A DNA stretch of 64,000 bases from Octopus sinensis (lineage: Eukaryota): positions 99,262,001-99,326,000 of the forward strand of contig NC_043001.1 of assembly GCF_006345805.1 (NCBI RefSeq). The letters are read 5' to 3'. A program made the position numbers and the translations under genes. Numbering within the stretch: the first letter of the stretch is position 1; each line of letters begins with the position of its first letter. This document shows, one piece after another, positions 13,006-25,554 of the stretch. The notes under the pieces were generated by a model that was not told where the DNA came from, searched no databases, and saw nothing but the letters and a program-made list of their open reading frames with translations.

Positions 13006-14591
13006 GCTAAACCCCATTGATAGTCAATAATGTACTCAGCTGCTGTGGTCCAGCTGCAGGGAACAATGATTACTTCTCATATCATGTCTAGCCACATCTT
13101 TGAAGCTCAGTCATCCTGTATTCTCATTTTTCATACTACTAAACCACCATGAACGCAGTGTTTTGTCATGGCAACAAAGATTCCTACCACATTTGTCTCT
13201 TAGCTGTCCTTGGGGATGAACTAGTGGCATAATTAGAATGTTGGATAGAATGCCTTGCAGTATTCATTCTGAACCCCTGCTCTCTGAGTTCAAATCAAAC
13301 CAAGTCAACATTGCCTTTCGTTTTTTCAAGGTTGATAAATAAAAAAAAAAAATGTACCAGTCCAAGAAAGAGTGGATTGGTGGAATTATTAGAGTGCTGG
13401 ACACAAGATGTCTTGCAATATTTGTTCCAGCTCTGTATTCTAAGTTCAAACCACTCGCTCTCACCAATAAATGAGAACATTTTTGTCAGGAGTTGCAACA
13501 AGCAGATAATACCAAACTTGATAAACCAATTGAAATATAGTTCCCTTTCTTCAAGTGCAAGATAAAATGCCATCACCATCACCACCATCAGCACCACTGC
13601 CACCACCATTACTACCCACTAAAGCAAAAGACTTCAATTTCTATGGTATGTGCTTTAACCTGTAAGGAGGTTTCTTACTAAGTTGTTTTTTTACCACTTT
13701 GTACCATTTCTGGGAACAACCAATGCTATGTTAACCTGAAAGGAAAGGCTCTAAGTGGTACTAGAAATATCAGCCAAATCTCCTTCATATCACATTAATA
13801 TCATTTTAAGTGAAGGGAGGATGCATTAAGTAATATAATACTAGATACTCCTAAAAAAAAAAGAGAATGGTTACAGTTATAATACCTTTGATCACAAATC
13901 TTCCGGATCAATGTTGGCCTGGAGGCTAAATAATAACGGCACCAACAATAATAATAACTGTAACAAGAAAGTAGAATCAAATGGTCAGGTTGCTGTTGTC
14001 ATCTCATTTATTATCTATAGCACACATGCTGAATGTTAAAAGTTAAACTCTGTATGTTTAAATGACATCAGGCTATATTTACAAAATAGTACAGAAAAAA
14101 AACCAGCGATGGATAGAAATATAGCAGCAGTGCATTCATGTGCATTAACAGCATACCCTGAATACATACATGCACATGCACTCTTGCACACTCACACACC
14201 ACGTGCACAACAACATACCCATCGGCTAATTATCTGATACTGTTGAGCTTTCCTTTAACTCTCTCCTTGCTGTCATATTGCACTTCAAGTGTGTTTCCTT
14301 CTCTTTGCTTTCATCTCAAATTGGTTTCAACCTGATTCAGCAGACCATGCTACATACACTCTAGCAGCACAGCTTCAACGACCACCTTCTCTCACATCTT
14401 TATTCTTACTCCAACGCACAAGCTGCATCATTTCCGTAATATTCCCATCGATTGTTTGCTAGAAGGACAGTGGTGGTCATGGTGGGGGTGGGAGTGGGTG
14501 GAAGATAAAAAGAAATGGGAAAAAGAAAACAGAACATATCTGTTCAAAATTACCCTGTTCAAACACTAGTTCAGATTAATTAATTATACCC

Positions 14592-14641
<50 letters not shown>

Positions 14642-14879
14642 TTTAATTTGTTCCATCTCCCACCTCACAAAAGCCCTAATGTTGTTACTTTTTCTTGGTG
14701 CAATTTTAATTGTTATTGCAATAATCATTGATTTCTAACTTTTACACACACACACATGTAATAGACTTATCAGGATGGAAATATACTTAATTGAATTGAT
14801 CCACGTATATATGGTTGGTATCCATACATATTTTTTGCTTAATTTAAAGGGTCGGTCTTCTGGTGGAAAGTGCTATGTC

Positions 14880-15900
14880 CTTCAAAGTCTTCTAGACTGA
14901 TGAGACTGATGCTGTTGGTAATGTTCCTCTTGAACAGTTGCAGAGAAGAAAAAAAAACAATATGGACATATAGAGAAATCCTGAGAATTAAGATTAAGGA
15001 AATGAAAGGATTGAACAAAGCAGTGTGTGGTTTAGTTGTCGGGGCACATTATAGGTGAAGAAAGAAGGAAACATATGAGTCAAGAAGGTTTGAGTAAAGG
15101 TGACAGAAGTAGAAAAAGCAAAGTAAGTAGACACACATTTATGTCCAGAGGCTGGTGTTAGTGAGTGACTTAATGCTAATAAGTTGAGTAACCCTTTTTT
15201 TCTAATGCATTCTAGGATGTTAGATGTCAGTTTGCATAGCAGCACTGTTGCAGATGTGTGGAAGTAGTACTACATTGTGAGTCCTAGCTGACCTTTGTGT
15301 TTTCTAACCACGAAGTCAGATTTAAAGAGAGGGGGGAAAGTGAGAGAAAGAGAGAGGAGAAGAGCGAGAAAGAGAGAGGGAAGAGAGAGGAAGAGAGAGG
15401 GGGAGAGGAGAGAGAGAGATATACAGACAGACAGAGCAACAGAAACAGGGATAGAGAATGAATCTATCCAGTACTTGACTGGTACTTTATTTATCAACCC
15501 CCAAGGAGATGAAAGGCATTGTAGACCTTCCTAGGATTTAACTGAGAGCACAGACCTGGAACAGATACAGCAAAGCATTGAGGATGTGAGATTACCAGGA
15601 GAGAGCATCAGTGATCTAAAAATGTCCCAGAGAGATAAAATACAAAGCAGAATATTGGTATGATTTGAAAAGGCTAAGTAGAGAATGTTCTGACAAGACA
15701 TTAAATTGCATCCTTTGATGAGGTTCCAGCTCAAGAATTCAGGAGTTTTAAGAGTATCAAGTTACTCCTTAGTTACTACTACTCTCTGGTTTGCTCTGGC
15801 CTGGGATGATAGTACCTGTCAAAAGTCCAAATTATGGATCACAGAGTAGATGTTTCTTGTGATTAAGTCATAGAGGACTCAAAAGAGGGCTCGCCTTCAG
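14880..15900 (-). pseudogene. Highly degenerate LINE fragment (AP-endonuclease region, CR1/Jockey-like)
   Basis: SNI...LNLLALS peptide in ORF 14994-15245 resembles the APE N-terminus. Interrupted by GA repeats and a SINE piece. Confidence 0.35.
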
Positions 15901-16034
15901 ACATTTGTCACATGTCAGACATTTTCCCACAGGTGCATGAACATACACTTATGTTATATAAACCAGTTCCCCTCAGGGTTAAAAAGACTCTGTTTCGAAG
16001 GTAAGCCCAGAAGAGTAGGAAACTATCAGAATAA

Positions 16035-16300
16035 AATGGCTGTGTGATATGAAACTTGCTTCCCAACAACATGGTCTTTGGTTCAGCCCCACTGTATGAC
16101 GACAGTTTGAGTAGGTCTTCTATAGGCTTGGGCTAGCCAAAACCTTGTGAGTGGATTTCATAGACAGAAAGATTCTTTGTAAGCCTAGTACTCATTCCAT
16201 TGGTCTCCCTTGCCTAACCGCTAATGTACGGAAAACATAAACACACCAACATCAGTTGTTAATTGATGGGGGGGGGGACAAACACAGACAGACAAACATA
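16035..16300. mobile_element. tRNA-SINE with head on + (16035-16170) and tail inverted (16172-16300)
   Basis: Both halves match the 28776 family in opposite orientations. Confidence 0.65.
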
Positions 16301-16361
16301 CAATGTAATTATTCTTTTTCATTCCAGGTGCTATTATATTAAACATTTGCGAAGAGTAACC

Positions 16362-17352
16362 ATGCCATGCACAAAAAATTCAGCAGAACTGTCAGATTTT
16401 CAAAGAGGCAGGGCAATCTGAGGCTGGTCTTTGCCAGCAAAAAATTGCCGAAAATCTTCAAATTCCTTTTGCTACTGTAAATAGAATTATAAGTGCAATT
16501 CAAAAGCCAAGGAAAGAATCAACAGATTCTCGTCCCAGTTCACCTAGGCCCTTGGAAAGGAAGCTTTGCTGTTTGAAGAGAATTGTGGAAAACGAACCCC
16601 ATTCAAAGGCTTCCGATATTGCAAAACAGCTAGAAGTTAGTCCAAGAACATGTGTAACATATCTGCATAAGCTTCGATATTATGGAAGAGCTGCTAGAAG
16701 AAATCCTCTCCTTCAACCAATTAATATCATGAAAAGAAAGAAACGAGGAGATGCCAGAAAAATCCAGTTCATTTTAGGATAGAGTGATTTTCTCAGATGA
16801 ACCCAGATTTGCATTATTTTCAGACAGTAGGCATGTTTGGATCTGGAGGCTTTCCAATCAAGAATTTGATTTGAAACAACTCCAACCAACTGTGAAACAT
16901 GGCAGTATCTCTATAATGGTATGGGGAGCTATCACCAGCAATGGTCGTTCTGAGCTGATTGAATGTGTTGGAACCATAAACTCTGAAAAATACATCAAAA
17001 TACTTAAGCAAGGACTACTTCCGATGTATTCACATAATAACATAACAAAAAATGAGTTTTTATTCATGGAAGATGGGGTTCCATGCCATACAGCGAAAAG
17101 GAATCAACAATGGTTGACTGAAAATGGGATGAAAAAGCTAACTTAACCCAGCCAATCTCTTGACATGAACCAATTGAAAATCTTTGGAGTATATGAAATA
17201 GAGCTATACTAAAAACTCGACAGAAACCTAAAGCTAAAGGTGAATTCTTTTGATTGTTGCATGAAAAGTGGGCAGAAATTCCACAAAGCTCATCAGTTCA
17301 ATGCCAAAAGGACACATGTTGGTGGGATTTGCCAGGGCAGGGCCAATCCATA
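16362..17352 (+). pseudogene. Tc1-family transposase pseudogene
   Basis: ELSDFQRG (HTH start), YYGRAARRNPLL, IFSDE, PTVKHG.SIMVWGAI, FMEDGVPCHTA, P.QSLDMN.IENLW and SMP motifs, with several stops and frameshifts. Confidence 0.92.
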
Positions 17353-17840
17353 ACATTACATGACATGTCAGATTCGCCAGAGGGGTAGACCCAATCCATA
17401 ACATTACATGACATGTCAGATTAGCCAGAGGGGCAGACCCAATCCATAACATTACATGACATGTCAGATTCGCCAAAGGGGCAGACCCAACCCATAACAT
17501 TACATGACATGTCAGATTCGCCAGAGGGGCAGACCCAACCCATAACATTACATGACATGTCAGATTCGCCAGAGGGGCAGACCCAACCCATAACATTACA
17601 TGACATGTCAGATTCGCCAGATGGCAGACCCAACCCATAACATTACATGACATGTCAGATTCGCCAGAGGGGCAGACCCAACCCATAACATTACATGACA
17701 TGTCAGATTAGCCAGAGGGGCAGACACAACTAACAACATTACATGACATGTCAGATTAGCAAGAGGGGCAGAGCCAACCCATAACATTACATGACATGTC
17801 AGATTAGCCACAGGGGTATACCCAACCCATAGCATACATG
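17330..17840 (+). repeat. 48-bp minisatellite, ~10.5 copies
   Basis: Unit GACCCAACCCATAACATTACATGACATGTCAGATTCGCCAGAGGGGCA, e.g. starts at 17484 and 17532. Confidence 0.95.
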
Positions 17841-17899
<59 letters not shown>

Positions 17900-18099
17900 T
17901 AGAAGGTTTGGAAATGATGTAGATGTATTATATATTAGAAGAATTAAGGTACTCAGAAATCTGGATGGTTTTATATTTACAGATATTTATTAATGTCAAA
18001 TGTTTTTATAAATCATATATTAGCACTTGCATCCACTCTAGTGGAGTTGTCAGATTGAACTTTTTCTAGAATTTTGTCTCTTTTTATAGTATTATTGAG

Positions 18100-18465
18100 T
18101 GTGTAGGGGTGGAGAGAGATATAAGATAGTACAAGAGGGTGAGGAATGGGGAGAAAGTGAGAGAGAGTGCGCGCGCGTGTGTGTGTGTGTGTGTGTGTGT
18201 ATGCGCGCGTGTGTGTGCATGTGCTTTTGTATCTGGAAGGACTGTCAATGGAAAAGAGAAGGAAAGGAAGAAGGAAGAGAGAAAGAAGAAAAAATGTGTT
18301 GATATCTTTGCAGCTGGTCAGTTCTTTCAATAGGAAGTGGTTCTTGGCTTTTAGAAATGGCAAACTCGGGTGGTCACTTCAAGGGGGATATATGCTATTT
18401 TTTAAAAAATTGTCTGGATTTTTTTTTATCATTGTCTTGTGAGAGAGAGAGAGAGAGAGAGTGTG

Positions 18466-18504
<39 letters not shown>

Positions 18505-20460
18505 ATGTGTGTGTGTGTGTGCATGTGCTTTTGTATCTGGAAGGACTGTCAATGGAAAAGAGAAGGAAAGGAAGAAGAAGAGAGAAAGAAGAAATAATTG
18601 TGTTGACATCTTTGCAGCTGTTCAGTTCTTTCAATCCAATGTTTGATTCCTGTGCTGATATGGGTTGGAGAATCTGGATGTAAGATTGTTTTTATTTATG
18701 TATATGTACATATGTGTAGTATTGTGAGTGCATGTCTGTTTTTGTGTGTGTGTGTGTGTTGTGTGTGTGTGTGTGTGCATGTGGGTGTCTGTGTATCTGA
18801 AAGGAGTGTCAATAGAAAAGAGAAGGAAGGAAAGAAGGAAGAGAGAAAGAAGAAATAATTGTGTTGACATCTTTGCAGCTGTTCAGTTCTTTCAATCCAA
18901 TGTTTGATTCCTGTGCTGATATGGGTTGGAGAATCTGGATGTAAGATTGTTTTTATTTATGTATATGTACATATGTGTAGTATTGTGGTGCATGTCTGTT
19001 TTTGTGTGTGTGTGTGTGTGTGTGTGTTTAATACAATTTACTTTACAAAATTGGTCCTTCATCTAGTACAAATTATTATAGAAATATTTTCAGCCATTCA
19101 GTTTGGGGGAGAACTCTGAAGGAGATGTCATTCCTTGGGCATTTATAGAAGGGAAAGATTTTAAATTTTCCTTATCCACATGTATCTAAGTCTTTACTCA
19201 GTGGAATCTTTTGCAGTTCCTCCTATTGAACGTGTTGTTGGTGAATTCTGGCTCGTTGGCATAAAGAATTTCCAGTTTCACCTATGTAATTCTCCTTGCA
19301 TGTGGGGCAGGTTATGCAGTATATTACATTCTGCGTCTTGCAGTTCATGTCTGCATTTACTTTGAATATGTGACCACTCTTAAATTTTATTTGTTTGTCT
19401 CCCTTTATATATTTGTAGGTGGGGTTACTGCAGATCCCACATCTACCATCTCCGCACTTTTACAAAGAATTCGGTTTTAGTCTCTGATGAGAATTTCACT
19501 CTTGTTTGTTGCTTCTTAAGGTTTTTGTCTTGGTGTTTACTGTTTTTTATGTAATATTTGTTTAACGTGTTTCCCATTTTGGGGTTTTATAGGACTATTG
19601 GTAAGTTTGAATGTATGATTTGAAACATGTTGGTAACTCTAGGGTTGTGTGTGTTTATGAAAGGGATGATATTTTCTTTGTTTTTCTTTTTTGGAGTTCT
19701 GAGTTGTATGATGTCTAGTTTCATTGCTCTTGAGATTCCATTTTTTAAAAATTTGAGTGGGTATTTTTGTTCTAGTAGGAAGTTTTTAAGTTCATTTAGT
19801 CTTATTTGGTGTGTTTGTGAGTTGGTTACTATGCTGCATATGCGTCTCGCCATACTATATGGAATATTTCTTTTTATGTGGGAGGGGTAGCAGGAGTAGA
19901 AATTTAAATATTGGTATGTGTCGGTTTTTTGTAGTAGATGTCTGTTGTGACAATGGAGTTGTGTATCTTGATGTTGATGTCCAGGAAGAGAAGTTCATTG
20001 TGGCTGGTATCTATCGTGAAGTTGATCGATGGGTGCAGTGTGTTGAGAATGTTGTGGAATGTTCATAGATCTTCTGATCTGTTCCAAAAGATGACGCAGT
20101 CATTGAGGTAGCATTTCCACTTTTTCTTGATGTCTTCTCTGAAGTCGTGGTCGAAGAATTTCCCTATTTCATCATATAGTTTGTTCTCAAAGAAACTCAT
20201 CACCAGGTTGGCATATGAAGGTGTGAATTTTGTATCCATAGCCATGCCCATTATCTGTCGGTATGCCTTGTTGTTAAATGAGAATGTGTTTTCTTCAAGT
20301 ATTAATTGGGTGGCTTTGGTGATAAAGTCTGTTTTGAAACGTTCATCTATGAGTATAGATGTCAACACAATTATTTCTTCTTTCTCTCTTCCTTATTTCT
20401 TTCCTTCTCTTTTCCATTGACACTTCTTTCAGATACACAGGCACCTACACACACATGCAT

Positions 20461-20533
<73 letters not shown>

Positions 20534-20860
20534 CACTCACAAGACAATGGTAAAAAGAAATCCAGACAACTTTTTTTTTAAATTAACATATATCCCCCTT
20601 GAAGTGGCCACCTGGGTTTGCCATTTCTAAAAGCCAAGAATCACTTCCTATTGAAAGAACTGACCAGCTGCAAAGATGTCAACACATTTTTTTTCTTTCT
20701 CTCTTCCTTCTTCCTTTCCTTCTCTTTTCCATTGACAATCCTTTCAGATACAAAAGTGCACACACACGCACGCACACACACACACACACGCACTCTCTCT
20801 CACTTTCTCCCCATTCCTCACCCTCTTGTACTATCTTATATCTCTCTACACCCCTACACA
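18100..20860. repeat. Long inverted repeat (about 18100-18872 vs 20357-20860) bracketing a Penelope element; left arm has extra tandem duplications (18620-18760 vs 18880-19030)
   Basis: For example GTGGTTCTTGGCTTTTAGAAATGGCAAAC (18338) versus GTTTGCCATTTCTAAAAGCCAAGAATCAC (20616). Confidence 0.9.
19040..20356 (-). mobile_element. Penelope-like element, Neptune-type (RT, Zn-knuckle, GIY-YIG), 5'-truncated and degenerate
   Basis: ENTFSFNNKAYRQIMGMAMDTKFTPSYANL, CYLNDC (decayed RYLDD), ARRICSIV..RLNELK..LLEQKYP and KCGDGRCGIC near 19430-19460. Confidence 0.88.
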
Positions 20861-21106
20861 TGAAAAAAACAAACAAACAGAGAAACGAGACATACAACAT
20901 AACATTTCATTGTTCAAAAAAAAATTTCATTTCTGTTTTTGCTTTTATGTTTTCGTTTCTCCTTGTCATGTCCTGTACCCATATATGCATGTATATATAC
21001 ATATATATGTAGGTATGTACATATATTTATGTATATATGCATATATTTATATATTATTTATATTATTATATGATCGAATGCCACGCATCCTTTTCCGGGT
21101 AAGTTT

Positions 21107-21149
<43 letters not shown>

Positions 21150-21257
21150 ATAAAAATGGTAAAACAACAAAAGAATGAAAGAGATGGCGGTGTGGATTTC
21201 CACATCCGAAACTCAGAGTTTTCTCATGGCTACCGAATAATTGTTAGATATTACATT

Positions 21258-21293
<36 letters not shown>

Positions 21294-21437
21294 ATATATA
21301 TATATATAAGTTCAGCAAAATTTAGATTCAAATGAATATGGTACTTAAGTTAGATGCACCAGAATTTTGTATGGTGTTATCCATATAAATCCGTGGGGTG
21401 ATAATACTCAAAATAAGCAACAAGAATAACTTCGGTA

Positions 21438-21527
21438 ATTTGGTACGATCGTTTCGCACTACATCATTTTATTAAATGTTGTAAGTATTACAACAGTTTT
21501 AAAATGCTGAGCACTCATCAGCCATTA
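21438..21527 (-). ncRNA. Type I minimal hammerhead ribozyme (Penelope pseudo-LTR type), intact core
   Basis: Minus strand: TGG-CTGATGA-GTGCT...(long stem II)...AGTGC-GAAA-CGATCG-TA-CCA, with a palindromic stem III and a GUA cleavage triplet. Confidence 0.8.
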
Positions 21528-21894
21528 ATAGAGGTTTTCCATTAATACATAATTTTCATATCAAGTGATAACATTATAGAGAAGGTAGATATATAGACAA
21601 AGATGTGGATTTAAATTTTAAGAACATTTAAGGTAGTGGAGTTTATCAACTGACTGAATAATATTCAGTTGCTATAAACTGCTAGAAGGTTCTGAGAAGA
21701 ATGGACAATTGAAAGGAGACAAAAAAGATTTTCTATTTATAGAAATAGGGGTGAAATAGATGTCAAAGTTCCATATAAAGAAATTTTGGTAGAGAGAGAA
21801 GGGTTGTCACACTACAGATGCCAATTACTACTATTTGGTAAACAGATTTAGCATTAGGAAAACTAGGTTAATGTGAAATGGTTATAATGATCAC

Positions 21895-22130
21895 ATTTAA
21901 GGCAGCGAGTTGGCAGAAACATTAGCACGCCGGGCGAAATGCTTAGCGGTATTTCGTCTGCGTTACGTTGTGAGTTCAAATTCCGCCGAGGTCGACTTTG
22001 CCTTTCATCCTTTCGGGGTCGATAAATTAAGTACCAGTTACGCACTGGGATCGATGTAATTGACTTAATACCTATGTCTGTCCTTGTTTGTCCCCTCTGT
22101 GTTTAGCCCCTTGTGGGTAATAAAGAAATA
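21895..22130 (+). mobile_element. Young tRNA-SINE with Meta-domain-like core and 15-bp TSD
   Basis: TGGCAGAAAC (A-box-like) and GAGTTCAAATTCC (B box), core GCCTTTCATCCTTTCGGGGTCGATAAATTAAGTACCAG. TSD GGTTATAATGATCAC at 21880-21894 and 22131-22145. Confidence 0.9.
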
Positions 22131-22734
22131 GGTTATAATGATCACTCATAGAGAATGCAGAGATTTTTTTAAACTAATATACATCAACATTATAATTAGC
22201 TGATAGGTTTTGAGTATTTTGATACGTTGGATTGAAGGAGAAATTATAGATCTAAAATTTATTCAATTTAGAGAAAAATCAGTCACTTATTATGAGTAGG
22301 CATAATACTTATTAATTGGGAACAAAAGTCTTATTAATCAAGTGAATATATTAGGGGTCAAAAATATATAATAGGAAAAATGGAAGAGGAGAAATCAAAG
22401 AAGAAAGGTATTCGTAGGTTTAGTAGAAGGTGATTTAATAATATGAAGAGAAGTAACTTAGAAGAGTAAATTTCTCAGATTTCATAGATAGTGAGTTGTT
22501 ATTGATGAATTAAAATATAGAATCTGTTGAAAATAATATTTACTACCCGTGGAGAAAGGTTAATTAGTTAGGTAAAAAGATCCTAGGTTAATTATATATT
22601 AAGAAATGGAAGTGAGATAATCAAGGTGAACCGAATAGTTTCCTCAGGAACATAGAATTTATACTATTTAGTATAGGAGAATATCAAAAGAGGAGAATTT
22701 AATTCTAAGTTTGCAATGAAGTTTTTTAGTAATC

Positions 22735-23150
22735 TCTTTTTTACTCTTTACTCTTTTACTTGTTTCAGTCATTTGACTGCGGCCATGCTGGAGCACCACC
22801 TTTAGTCGAGCAAATCGACCCCAGGACTTATTCTTTGTAAGCCCAGTACTTATTCTATCGGTCTCTTTTGCTGAACCGCTAAGTGACGGGGACGTAAACA
22901 CACCAGCATTGGTTGTCAAGCAATGCTAGGGGGACAAACACAGACACACAAACACACACACATATATATATATATATACATATATACGACAGGCTTCTTT
23001 CAGTTTCCGTCTACCAAATCTACTCACAAGGCATTGGTCGGCCCGGGGCTATAGCAGAAGACACTTGCCCAAGATGCCATGCAGTGGGACTAAACCCGGA
23101 ACCATGTAGTTGGTTAGCAAGCTACTTACCACACAGCCACTCCTGCGCCT
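22735..23150 (-). mobile_element. Full-length tRNA-SINE (OK/OR-like)
   Basis: Near-identical reverse complement of 28776-29205. Confidence 0.9.
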
Positions 23151-23764
23151 ATGTATGTTGAATTAAAAACCAGTATGGTATATTCGTTCTTAATTGGTTA
23201 TAAAGAAGTAAAATTTGAAAAATCTAGGAATATTCACAATATTATTATTTAAAATGTTTAAACGTACGGGTTGTGCGATGTATGCAAGATACTCCTGGCT
23301 CCGAACAGTTATTTAACAGATTTGTATTACTCCAATGTTTTAAAATTTCATGTGTTTCCATAGAACAAAGTTCACAACCATCCCTACTATTTTTATAAGG
23401 CCATGCTTTCCTTAGTATATCCCATTTCAGGTTGAATTCTATATTATTCGTTTTTATTTCCCAAATCTTACTAGACAATGTTGTGCAACCTACTTTGTGT
23501 TTGAGCCTAAAGGAGGAAAAATGATTGTTTAAACGTTTTTTAAACCTACCGAACAACCAAAATAAAGATAGTTGTTAGTTGAAGTTATTATTGTACATTT
23601 ATAAATCACATTTTGGACCGAACAACGGCCAGATACTGGACATTTCGACCTAATCCTACAATCACAACTAGGGGGATAATTTCTAGTACTAGTATTATTT
23701 ATGGACAATTCATTTTCATTTCTGTTATTTGAGTTGTTATTAGTATTAGCGTTATTTTCTCTAA

Positions 23765-24092
23765 GTGAGGGCGCGTGGCTTAGTGGTTAGGGCATTCGGC
23801 TCATGATCGTAAGGTTGTGAGTTCGATTCCCGGCGACGCGTTGTGTCCTTGAGCAAGACACTTTATTTCACGTTGCTCCAGTCCACTCAGCTGGCAAAAA
23901 TGAGTTGTACTTGTATTTCAAAGGGTCAGCCTTGTCACTCTCTGTGTCACGCTGATTATCCCCGAGAACTACGTTAAGGGTACACGTGTCTGTGGAATGC
24001 TCAGCCATTTGCACGTTAATTTCACGAGCAAGCTGTTCCGTTGATCGTATCAGCTGGGACCCTCGTCGTCGTAACCGGCGGAGTCTTTTTTA
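23765..24092 (+). mobile_element. tRNA/CORE-like SINE with 11-bp TSD inside the Penelope ORF
   Basis: TGGCTTAGTGG A box, GTTCGATTCCC B box, TGTCCTTGAGCAAGACACTT core. TSD ATTTTCTCTAA at 23754-23764 and 24093-24103. Older copies at ~31150-31280 (+), 35170-35310 (-) and 51450-51600 (-). Confidence 0.9.
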
Positions 24093-25396
24093 ATTTTCTC
24101 TAATAGTAGTTACATTGTTATGCAAACTGGAGTTACTAGTTATTAAGCTATCCTCATTATCATCACCTACTACACTTTTATCTATACTACCTATATTATT
24201 GATGCTGCTATTATCATTGTTTATATTAATGTTGATATTATTGTTATTATTATCATCATCATTATTAATATTATTATTACTATTACCATTATTATTATTA
24301 TTATTATTATTATTATCATTATTATTATTGCTATTTTTATTATTATTATTACTATTATTGTTATTGTTACTATTTATTCTATCCCTAGCTAACTTAATAT
24401 TTTTACTATTAAGTCTAGCTATTATGGTAGCCATATGTGGGAGAGTAGAATATGATATTCTTACTGATTTCTTAAAAATTATTTTATAATATTTATGGGA
24501 AGCTGGGAAGTTTCTTTCCAGTATAGACATAAATCTACTGTATATATTCCTCGAGATCGCACAATTGAAGGGGATATTTAGCCAAATAAAATTTTTTCTT
24601 TTATATTTTTTTGTTTGAGTAAGAGTGGGAAAGATTAGTGTTATCCATATTCTTACGAGATTCATTATTCATTTTAGTCATATTTTTATGTTTATTAGGT
24701 TTTTTCTTTGTGGGAGAAATTTTTGTATACTTATTTATGTTTATTATATCTGGATTAGCATTTTCATATTTATTTCTGATCTGTTTACTATTTCCATTCT
24801 TATTATTGGGTTTATACACTAGGTTCTCTTCTTCTATTGATTTATGTTTATTTTGAGTATGAGATTCTATATTACTTGAGCCATTTACATTCACTCCATC
24901 GTTTAGGAGATTTATGTTATCAAGATCTAGGAAGGTGATTTCCTGGTCATACCCAGCCTTGGATAATACAGCATTATAATGATTAGAGTGAGAGTCAAAG
25001 ATTTCAATATTTGATGATAATTTGAAATTCTCTGATAAATATTTTCCACTATTGATTTAAGTATATTCGGGGGGTGATTGGATGATTTATTTACATATCT
25101 GGTAACTTCACCTTCCTTTCTAAATGGGTGATGTAACTTTGAATTTAAATCTAAGGTAACGTCTAGAAAATTCACTATCTTGGTGTTAGGTTCATACGTA
25201 ATGCCTAGGTTGAAATCTTTGAAAAATTTACTAATTTTCTTTTTTATTCTCTCAATTTTTGATTTATTGTTACTAGGTACAATAAACAAAGCATCATCTC
25301 TATATAAAAATCACCTTGTAATTCCGGGATATCCCTACTTATGCATTTTAATAAATACGCTCCTACTAGATTAGTTATCTCCGCCAAATCACTTGA

Positions 25397-25487
<91 letters not shown>

Positions 25488-25554
25488 CATATATATATAA
25501 ATACACATACATACACACACACATACATATATATACATACATACATATTTATAT

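Larger units (their letters stand above)
21310..25397 (-). mobile_element. Penelope-like element of a second lineage (YRDD-type RT, Asn-rich linker, GIY-YIG, long 3' region with hammerhead), carrying three nested SINEs
   Basis: NFLDVTLDL..PFRK...YVNKSSNHPP (24927-25289), RKNFIWLNIPF..ISYSTLP (24090-24665), FKKRLNNHFSSF..TTLSSKIWEIK..CELCSME..CIH (23245-23556). Confidence 0.9.

Noticed and set aside
17330-17840. CRISPR-like array
   Set aside because: Units are contiguous with no unique spacers, there are no cas genes and the context is eukaryotic; it is a minisatellite.
19484-19492. CTGATGA as a hammerhead core
   Set aside because: No paired stem II or GAAA-stem III follows, and it is antisense within the Penelope ORF.
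23765-23840. tRNA gene
   Set aside because: A and B boxes are present but continue into a SINE body with a TSD, and there is no full cloverleaf. The same applies to 21900 and 28776.
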